Translations under genes and position numbers: made by a program
Part shown: positions 15,468 through 22,827 of the stretch, piece by piece
How the letters are laid out: every line of letters starts with the position of its first letter
Numbering within the stretch: position 1 is the stretch's first letter
Notes under the pieces: generated by a model
Database searches by the model: none
What the model saw: only the letters and a program-made list of their open reading frames with translations
What the model was told of the DNA's origin: nothing
Assembly (NCBI RefSeq): GCF_003324675.1
Contig: NZ_CP030918.1
Span: forward strand, 2,520,001 to 2,552,000
Direction of reading: 5' to 3'
DNA: 32,000 nucleotides
Source: Paracoccus suum
Lineage (GTDB): Bacteria; Pseudomonadota; Alphaproteobacteria; Rhodobacterales; Rhodobacteraceae

Positions 15468-15517
15468 CTAGATTGTGGATCTAGAGGTCCCCCGTTCAAG
15501 CCGGGGAGGCGGTACCA
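15468..15517 (+). repeat. attR: displaced 3' copy of tRNA-His (50 nt, 49/50 identical to attL)
   Basis: CTAGATTGTGGATCTAGAGGTCCCCCGTTCAAGCCGGGGAGGCGGTACCA. There is no tRNA 5' half upstream of it. Confidence 0.9.
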
Positions 15518-16046
15518 TTTTCCCAAGTGAGATGATGCGGGGTTTCGCGTCTCGCCGGTGCTGACGCGGCTTGGTCGAGTGGCGGTTGCCGTCAGTCCCC
15601 GACTATTCGCGGTTCAAAATTCCACCATCGCGCTTGTTCCTTCCGCAAGCCGCAATCTGCGCATAGGCTGGGTTCAGACCAACCTTTTGCGGAACTGCAG
15701 CCGGGACCGAGGGCGGCGGGAAGGGTGGGCGTATCCGGCATCTGTGGTGCTGCCGTCTTGTCCCGATAACAGCACCGCGAGCCGCTGAAGCCCGCACGCT
15801 GCCCGTCGAATTTTTCCTGCCTCAACGCCCCGCATATGCGTCATTCGCGCGCGTCGCGCTCGGGAACCGAACGGCTTGAACCTCGTTCTTTGGCGGTGGT
15901 GGACAATTTTTACCGCGCTCAGATGGGCAAGGTAAGCAGTTCCCAGCAAACGACTTTACAAACATCAAGTTGCGCGGGTGGGTGATGGTGCATAGCCACG
16001 CCGATACAAACAAAAGCAGAACGTCTGTTGGTCCGGGGAGGCTAGG

Positions 16047-17234
16047 ATGACCCGTCGCGTCGTAGCTATCTCGGACTTCTGCGACGAGGTTCCTCCTCTG
16101 CCGGGCGCCCTGACGGAGGCGGATTTCGCCGCTTTCTGGAACAGTCGGCCGCGAGCGATCACGCCGGATAACGGCGCCGTGCGCGTCGTCGGCGGATACC
16201 TTGAACGGCTGCCCTTGGCGGCGGTCGCACATGGACTCGCCGACGCGGCCGAGGTCTGGAGCTTTGTCGGTAGCGATAAAGGGCCGTTCGAGAGCGCGAC
16301 TGCGCTCGGCCGGACGGTCATCTCACTCCCGGCCCCGCGCGGCCTGACACGGCGCCGTTTTCGCGCTGATGCCCACGGCGCCCCCTATGGGTCGGCGGAT
16401 GCGATTGCCCACGTCCGTCGCCATGGGGCGCCTGACATTCTTTGTATCTGGGGCTTGGGGGTGAACGAGGCGCTGCTGGATGCCTGCCCAGGCAGCGTCG
16501 TGATCTACAATTCCATCGACGCGCCGGCGATCCGTATACCGCCCGAGGTCAGCCGCCACGTCGACCTCTTCCTGACGGGGGCCGAGTGGCAATCCGACGA
16601 GATCCGCGCCCGCCACCCAGGGGCGTTATGCGCGGTCCTGCCCATAGGACCGGAGTTCGCGTCGGACGAAACCTTTCACCCGACGGGCGCCCCCAAGGAA
16701 TTTGATGTCGTCTATGTCGCGGCAACGCAAAGCTACAAGCGCCACGACCTGCTGCTCGACACGCTCGCACGCCGTCCGGGCACGCGTGCCCTGTGCGTGG
16801 TCGGCTATGGCGAATTGACCGATACCCTCAGGGCCGAGGCCGAAGCTCGCGGACTGGACATCACCTGGGTCGGACCGGTCGATCATGACCAGGTGAATGC
16901 CCTGATCAACCGGGCGCGCGTCGGTCTCGTCTGCGGGGTCCACGATGGCGCGCCGGCGATCCTGACCGAGTACATGCTGGGTGGATTGCCGGTTCTCGCC
17001 AATGCCGGTCTTGTCTGTGGGCGGCAGTACATCACGCCGCAGACCGGGCTGATCGCCCAAGAAGACGACTTTGCCCAGGCGCTCGAGGTGTTGCTGTCGC
17101 GCGCCGACACCTTCGACCCGCGCAGGGTGGTGCAGGAAAACTGGACCTGGCCACGATCCATTTTGCGTCTCGAGGCGTTGATCAACGATGCCCTGAACAA
17201 GCGTGCAGAAAAGACCCGAAAGGACATTGCATGA
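16047..17234 (+). CDS. GT-B fold glycosyltransferase (GT4/GT1-like)
   Basis: 395 aa with GGAGG 5 nt upstream of the ATG. The C-terminal half (FDVVYVAATQSYKRHDLLLD..., VGLVCGVHDGAPAILTEYMLGGLPVLAN) resembles a GT-B donor-binding domain. Stop overlaps the next start (ATGA). Confidence 0.7.
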   Translation: MTRRVVAISDFCDEVPPLPGALTEADFAAFWNSRPRAITPDNGAVRVVGGYLERLPLAAVAHGLADAAEVWSFVGSDKGPFESATALGRTVISLPAPRGLTRRRFRADAHGAPYGSADAIAHVRRHGAPDILCIWGLGVNEALLDACPGSVVIYNSIDAPAIRIPPEVSRHVDLFLTGAEWQSDEIRARHPGALCAVLPIGPEFASDETFHPTGAPKEFDVVYVAATQSYKRHDLLLDTLARRPGTRALCVVGYGELTDTLRAEAEARGLDITWVGPVDHDQVNALINRARVGLVCGVHDGAPAILTEYMLGGLPVLANAGLVCGRQYITPQTGLIAQEDDFAQALEVLLSRADTFDPRRVVQENWTWPRSILRLEALINDALNKRAEKTRKDIA

Positions 17235-19615
17235 ACGAGGCTTTATCCGCGCAGGCACTGGCGGGCAGCCAGGGCACGCTGTCCGATGCGCCGCTGATCT
17301 GTTTTTCGCATCTACGCTGGGATTTCGTATTGCAACGACCCCAGCACCTGATGCGCCGCTTCGCCGCTGATCGCCGCGTATATTTCTGGGAAGAGATGAT
17401 CCCGACGGATCATCATCTGGCATATCTCGAATTTCATTCCTTCGATGGGACGACCGTGCAGGCCATTCGTCCGCGGGTGCCGCGGACACAGTGCGCGGCA
17501 GAGGCCGAGCGGACCTTGGCTCGACTTCTGGACCAGATGCTGGGGCTGATCGGTGCGGCGCGGCCGCCGGTTCTGTGGTTCTACACCCCGCAGATGTGGC
17601 CCATCGCCCGCCATGTCCCGGCCACAGCCGTCGTCTATGACTGCATGGACGAGTTGTCGAACTTTCGCTTTGCCCCGCCCGATCTGCGCCGCAACGAGGC
17701 AGATCTGCTGGCTGCGGCCGACGTCGTCTTTACGGGGGGCTATTCCATCTGGGAGGCAAAGCGCGACCGGCACGACAATATTCATCCATTCCCGTCGAGC
17801 GTCGATGCGGCCCATTTCGCCACGGCCCGCCGCGGGGCCCTCCAGCCCGCTGATCAAGCCGCCATCCCGGGTCCACGCCTCGGGTATGCGGGGGTGATCG
17901 ACGAGCGGCTGGACCTCGGTATTATCCGCGATCTGGCCACCGCGCGTCCCGATTGGCAGATCGTCATGATCGGCCCGGTCGTCAAACTCTCCGAGGCGGA
18001 ACTGCCGCGCGCGGCAAATATCCACTGGCTCGGTTCGCGCGATTACGCCGACCTGCCCGCCTATATGAGCGGTTGGGACGTGGCCCTGATGCCCTTCGCG
18101 ATGAATGAAGCGACGCGGTTCATCAGCCCGACCAAGACGCCTGAATATCTGGCGGCCGGCCTGCAGGTCGTCTCGACCCCGGTGCGGGACGTGCGGCGCC
18201 ATTACGGCGATCTCGCCGCGGTGCGAATTGCGGACGATGCCGCCGGTTTCGCGGGCGCCATCGAGACGGCGCTGCAGGGCAAAGAAAGCAGGGAATGGCG
18301 CAATGAGGCTGACCGGGTTCTGGCGACGCTCAGCTGGGATGCCACCTTCCGGCACATGAACCGCTTGCTGGGCGAGGCAGCAGGGCATCGCACCGCCGCC
18401 GCCCTTGGGCCGCAGGGCAGGCGGCCGCCGCGCTTTCCCGCGCCTGGAATTCGCCGCGGCAAGAGCCCTGCCTATGATGTTGTGATCGCCGGGGCAGGCT
18501 TTGCCGGCTCGGTGCTCGCGCAACGCCTTGCCGAAGGTTCAGGCAAGCGGGTGCTTGTTGTGGACCGGCGCGAGCATATCGGGGGCAATGCTTACGATCA
18601 CCTGAACGAGGCCGGGTTGCTGGTTCATCGCTATGGTCCGCATATCTTTCACACCAACAGCGACGATGTCGTGGCCTACCTCAGCCAGTTCACCCACTGG
18701 CGACCGTATGAGCACCGCGTCCTGGCCGACCTCGGCAACATGCGCGTGCCGATGCCGATCAACCGGACGACGGTAAACGCCGTCTACGGCCTCGATCTGA
18801 CCACTGACGCCGAGGTGGAGGCGTTCCTCGCCGCGCAGGCAGAGCCGGTGGCCGAAATCCGCACCGCGCGCGACGTGGTGGTCAATGCCGTCGGCGAGCG
18901 CCTCTACGAGACGTTCTTTCGCGGCTATACCCGCAAGCAATGGGGCCTCGACCCGTCCGAACTGGACAAGTTGGTGACCGCCCGCGTGCCGACCCGGACC
19001 ACCACCGACGATCGCTATTTCACCGACCGTTTCCAGGCGATGCCGGCCCATGGCTACACCCGCATGTTCGAGGCGATGCTTGACCATCCGCTGATCGACT
19101 TGGCGCTGGGAACCGATTTCCACGACCTTCCGCCGCGCGATCTGGCGCCACTGACGATCTATACCGGCCCGATCGACGCCTTTTTCGGCCATCGCTTCGG
19201 CAAGCTGCCTTACCGCAGCCTGACCTTCCGGCACGAGACGCTGGATCAGCGGCGGTTGCTGCCGGTGGGGGTCGTCAACTTCCCCTCCGAGGACGTGCCC
19301 TACACCCGGATCACGGAATACAAACACCTGACCGGGCAGGTTCACCCCCGCACGGCGATCACCTACGAAATCCCGTCGGACGAGGGCGACCCATACTACC
19401 CGGTCCCGCGCCCGGAAAACCAGGCGCTGTTCAAGCGCTATGAGGAATTGGCGCTGACTCGGCCCGACGTCATCTTTGCCGGCCGACTGGGCAGCTATCG
19501 CTATTACAACATGGACCAGGTGGTGGGGCAGGCGCTGTCGATCTATCGCCGGCTGGCCCCGCAACTGGACGCCCAGATGACCCGCGCGGTCGAGAGCGTC
19601 GGCATCGGGGACTGA
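17231..19615 (+). CDS. glf: fusion protein: N-terminal glycosyltransferase + C-terminal UDP-galactopyranose mutase
   Basis: 794 aa. The N-terminal ~390 aa carry LICFSHLRWDFVLQRPQHLM and RFISPTKTPEYLAAG, a GT family I recall being commonly adjacent to glf. The C-terminal ~380 aa carry YDVVIAGAGFAGSVLAQRLAE...HIGGNAYD...VHRYGPHIFHTN...GRLGSYRYYNMDQ, which are UGM/Glf motifs. Confidence 0.85.
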   Translation: MNEALSAQALAGSQGTLSDAPLICFSHLRWDFVLQRPQHLMRRFAADRRVYFWEEMIPTDHHLAYLEFHSFDGTTVQAIRPRVPRTQCAAEAERTLARLLDQMLGLIGAARPPVLWFYTPQMWPIARHVPATAVVYDCMDELSNFRFAPPDLRRNEADLLAAADVVFTGGYSIWEAKRDRHDNIHPFPSSVDAAHFATARRGALQPADQAAIPGPRLGYAGVIDERLDLGIIRDLATARPDWQIVMIGPVVKLSEAELPRAANIHWLGSRDYADLPAYMSGWDVALMPFAMNEATRFISPTKTPEYLAAGLQVVSTPVRDVRRHYGDLAAVRIADDAAGFAGAIETALQGKESREWRNEADRVLATLSWDATFRHMNRLLGEAAGHRTAAALGPQGRRPPRFPAPGIRRGKSPAYDVVIAGAGFAGSVLAQRLAEGSGKRVLVVDRREHIGGNAYDHLNEAGLLVHRYGPHIFHTNSDDVVAYLSQFTHWRPYEHRVLADLGNMRVPMPINRTTVNAVYGLDLTTDAEVEAFLAAQAEPVAEIRTARDVVVNAVGERLYETFFRGYTRKQWGLDPSELDKLVTARVPTRTTTDDRYFTDRFQAMPAHGYTRMFEAMLDHPLIDLALGTDFHDLPPRDLAPLTIYTGPIDAFFGHRFGKLPYRSLTFRHETLDQRRLLPVGVVNFPSEDVPYTRITEYKHLTGQVHPRTAITYEIPSDEGDPYYPVPRPENQALFKRYEELALTRPDVIFAGRLGSYRYYNMDQVVGQALSIYRRLAPQLDAQMTRAVESVGIGD

Positions 19616-19616
19616 G

Positions 19617-21716
19617 GTGGCGCGTCGCGTCATTCTGGCGACGGACAGCCCGGCGCCATCGGGCGTAGGCAGTCACATGCTGACGCTGGCTGCCGCGCTG
19701 GGCGAGGAGTGGCACGTCTCGCTGCTGTTTCCCGACCATGCCGAGGGCCGCGCCCTGGCCGACGAGGCAAGGGCGCGGGGACTGCGGGCGCGCGTGTTAT
19801 CGGCCGATGGGCCGGGAAATGCGGTGCATGCACTGGCGCAGGCCGATCTGGTCCATGTCCATGCCGGTATCGGCTGGGAGGGGCATGGCCTTGTGCACGC
19901 CGCCCGCGCCAACGGTGCGGCCGTGCTGCGCACCGAACACCTGCCCTGGTTGATCACCGATCCGCAGCAACGAGCGGATTACGCCGCCATGCTGCGTGAC
20001 GTGGACGCCGTTGTCGCGGTCAGCAAATCGGCGGCCGAGAGTTGGCGTCCGATCCTCGCCGAACTCGCACCGGAAATGTCGCTGAACTCAATTCCGAATG
20101 GCTGCGAACTGCCGCCCGGCGATCTGGCACCGCGCCAGCCGCGGGCGGCAGGCGCGTCAGCCAAGCTGCTCTGCGTCGCGCGATTCAGCCCGCAAAAGAG
20201 CCATGACGTCCTGATCGACGCCTTTTCGCTCCTCCGTGCCAACCACCCAGGCCTGCGCCTGCAACTGGTCGGCACTGGCGAGACCGAGGCGGCCGCGCGC
20301 AAACATGCAGAGGCGCTGGGCCTTCTCGACGACATCGACTTTCTTGGCACCCGCAACGATGTGCCCGCGCTCATGGCGGCGGCGGACCTGCTGGTCCTGC
20401 CATCGGCATTTGAGGGCCTGCCGCTGGTCGTGCTCGAGGCTATGGCCGCCGGCCTGCCGGTGGTCGCTAGCCGCATTGGTGGCATCATCGAGGCATTGGG
20501 CGACGATCACCCCGGGCTCGCCCCTCCGGGCGATGCCGCGGGACTGGCGCAGGCCATTGCCGATGCCCTCGCCGCGCCTGACGCAACCGCACGCAACGCC
20601 GTTCATCAACAGGCGCGGTTCCACGAATACTTCACCGCAACCCGCATGGGCGAGGATACCGCCCGGCTCTATGCCGACCTGCTGGACGGCCACACGAAGG
20701 ACAATACCACCATGACACGTCTCGGCTTTATCGGCGCGGGCGGCATCGCCCACCGCCACTTCGGAGTTCTCGAGACAATGCCGGACGTGCGCATTGTCGC
20801 CATCGCCGACCCGGACGCCGCACGGGCCGCCGAGGCCGCCGCCCGCTTTGGCGCCGAAGCCTTCGCCGACCATCAGGCGATGCTCGAGGCAAGTGATCTG
20901 GACGCCGTCTATATCTGCGTGCCCCCCTTTGCCCATGGCGCAGCCGAGCGGGCCTGCATCGCGCGCGGGCAGCCCTTCTTCGTGGAAAAGCCCCTGTCCC
21001 TCGACCTGAAGGTAGCCGAGGACATCGCCGCGGAGGTCGAGGACGCCGGACTAATCACCGCGGTCGGCTATCACTGGCGCTACCTGGATACGGTGGATGA
21101 GGCGCGGGCGCAGCTGGCCGTCAACCCGGCCCAGCTGATGACCGGTTTCTGGCTGGACCAGACGCCCCCGCCGCAGTGGTGGTGGCGCGAAGATGAAAGC
21201 GGCGGCCAGGTAGTCGAGCAGGCGACGCATATCATCGACCTCGCTCGGTTTCTGGCTGGCGACGTGACCGACGTCTTCGGCCTTTCCAGCCATCGCGATC
21301 GCGCCGATTTCGCTGGTCTGACGGTGCCCACCGCGACCACCGCGACGCTGCGCTTTGCCTCGGGGACCATCGCCAACCTCGCCGCGACCTGCCTTCTGCG
21401 TTGGAACCACCGGGTCGGGCTGCATGTGTTCGCCGACGCGCTCGCCATGGAAATCACCGATCATGACATCATGATCGATACCGGCCACGGCCGTCCGGTT
21501 CGTCACGCCGAGGGTGATCCCGTCTGGCGTGAGGACCGCGATTTCGTCGATGCCGTCCAAGGGAAAGAGAACCGTATCAGATGCCCCTATGCCGAGGCGC
21601 TGGAGACGCATCGCGTCGCGCTCGCCATCGGCAAATCCGCCCAAACCGGCGCCCTCGTGACCATGGAGGTGCTGCGGTCCAACCCGCAGCCGTTTTTTCG
21701 TCAAGCCACTGCGTAG
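19617..21716 (+). CDS. fusion protein: N-terminal GT4 glycosyltransferase + C-terminal Gfo/Idh/MocA family oxidoreductase
   Basis: 699 aa with a GTG start 1 nt after the upstream TGA. GT4 motifs are LLCVARFSPQKSHDVLIDAF and LPSAFEGLPLVVLEAMAAGLPVVAS. The oxidoreductase part starts near MTRLGFIGAGGIAHRH...VRIVAIADPD...FFVEKPLS. Confidence 0.85.
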   Translation: MARRVILATDSPAPSGVGSHMLTLAAALGEEWHVSLLFPDHAEGRALADEARARGLRARVLSADGPGNAVHALAQADLVHVHAGIGWEGHGLVHAARANGAAVLRTEHLPWLITDPQQRADYAAMLRDVDAVVAVSKSAAESWRPILAELAPEMSLNSIPNGCELPPGDLAPRQPRAAGASAKLLCVARFSPQKSHDVLIDAFSLLRANHPGLRLQLVGTGETEAAARKHAEALGLLDDIDFLGTRNDVPALMAAADLLVLPSAFEGLPLVVLEAMAAGLPVVASRIGGIIEALGDDHPGLAPPGDAAGLAQAIADALAAPDATARNAVHQQARFHEYFTATRMGEDTARLYADLLDGHTKDNTTMTRLGFIGAGGIAHRHFGVLETMPDVRIVAIADPDAARAAEAAARFGAEAFADHQAMLEASDLDAVYICVPPFAHGAAERACIARGQPFFVEKPLSLDLKVAEDIAAEVEDAGLITAVGYHWRYLDTVDEARAQLAVNPAQLMTGFWLDQTPPPQWWWREDESGGQVVEQATHIIDLARFLAGDVTDVFGLSSHRDRADFAGLTVPTATTATLRFASGTIANLAATCLLRWNHRVGLHVFADALAMEITDHDIMIDTGHGRPVRHAEGDPVWREDRDFVDAVQGKENRIRCPYAEALETHRVALAIGKSAQTGALVTMEVLRSNPQPFFRQATA

Positions 21717-21717
21717 G

Positions 21718-22827
21718 ATGGCGGCCCTGCCGCACCAAGATCGCCGCATTCGCTCGCTGGGGATAGAACGCCCGGGCGAGCCCTATTTCTTTGACTATCA
21801 GGAGGGTCCGGCAGGCGAGGGGCAGGTTCGCCTCGATCTGATGTATACCGGTCTTTCGGCGGGGACCGAGCTGACCTTCATGAAGGGGACCAACCCCTAT
21901 CTGCACAGCCGCTGGGACGAAGGGGCAGGGGTGTTCGTGCCCGGCGAGCCTTCGGCCCGTTTCCCGGTCAACTTCCTTGGCTACATGGAGGTCGGGCGCG
22001 TCATCGACAGCCGCGCAGGGGGTTTCGCCAACGGCGATGTGCTGGCGACGACCTTTGGCCACAAGACTGGTCACACGGCTAACCCCGACCACGACCTGCT
22101 GCTGAAACTGCCGCCGGGCATGGACCCGATGCTGGGCATCTTTGCTGCCCAGATGGGACCGATCGCCGCCAACGGCATCCTGCACGGCGATGTCGAAGAG
22201 TTTGGGCGCGCCGTTCCGTTCCTCGGGGCAGGGGTGCAGGGTCGCCCCGTTTTGGTTTGGGGCGGGGGCACGGTGGGCCTCTTCTGTGCGCTTTTTGCGC
22301 GCGTGGGCGGCGCTTCCGAAATCGTCATTGTCGATCCGTCGCCTTGGCGCCAGGACCTCGCCCGCCGCATGGGCTTTGATGCGATGGGCGAAGACGAGGG
22401 CTGGCGCCATGCCAAGGGACGCTGGCATTCCAAATCTGGGGGCAGGGGGGCCGAGATGGTCTTCCAGACCCGTGCCCGGTCCGAGAGCCTGAACCTCGCG
22501 CTGCGCGCGTTGCGGCCGCAGGGCGTGGTGATCGACCTGGCCTTCTACCAGGGCGGACTCGACGGCACGCGTCTGGGCGAGGAGTTCCACCACAACGGCC
22601 TCGCGATCCGCTGCGCGCAGATCAACCGCATGCCGCGGGCGGTGGCCGATGTCTGGGACCAGCGGCGGCTGGCGCAGGAAACCCTGCGCCTTCTGGAGGC
22701 CGAGGGTGATCTGATCCGGCGCGAAATGATTACCCATGTGGTGCCCTACGACGAGGCGCCGGCCCTCCTGCGCCATCTGGTCGCCGACCGGCCGGAGTTC
22801 CTGCAGGTGGTGTTCGCACATGAGTGA
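21718..22827 (+). CDS. MDR (zinc-type alcohol dehydrogenase-like) family oxidoreductase
   Basis: 369 aa. GroES-like N-terminus (VRLDLMYTGLSAGTELTFMKG) and Rossmann segment VLVWGGGTVGLFCALFARVGGASEIVIVDPS. Starts 1 nt after the upstream TAG. Confidence 0.75.
   Translation: MAALPHQDRRIRSLGIERPGEPYFFDYQEGPAGEGQVRLDLMYTGLSAGTELTFMKGTNPYLHSRWDEGAGVFVPGEPSARFPVNFLGYMEVGRVIDSRAGGFANGDVLATTFGHKTGHTANPDHDLLLKLPPGMDPMLGIFAAQMGPIAANGILHGDVEEFGRAVPFLGAGVQGRPVLVWGGGTVGLFCALFARVGGASEIVIVDPSPWRQDLARRMGFDAMGEDEGWRHAKGRWHSKSGGRGAEMVFQTRARSESLNLALRALRPQGVVIDLAFYQGGLDGTRLGEEFHHNGLAIRCAQINRMPRAVADVWDQRRLAQETLRLLEAEGDLIRREMITHVVPYDEAPALLRHLVADRPEFLQVVFAHE

Larger units (their letters stand above)
5757..15517. 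mobile_element. tRNA-His-integrated 9.7-kb element carrying an integrase plus an HK97-type head/packaging module only; candidate capsid-forming phage satellite
   Basis: Bounded by the 50-nt direct repeats. G+C is visibly lower than the flanks. All ORFs are co-oriented on the minus strand. No tail or lysis genes. See findings. Confidence 0.8.
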
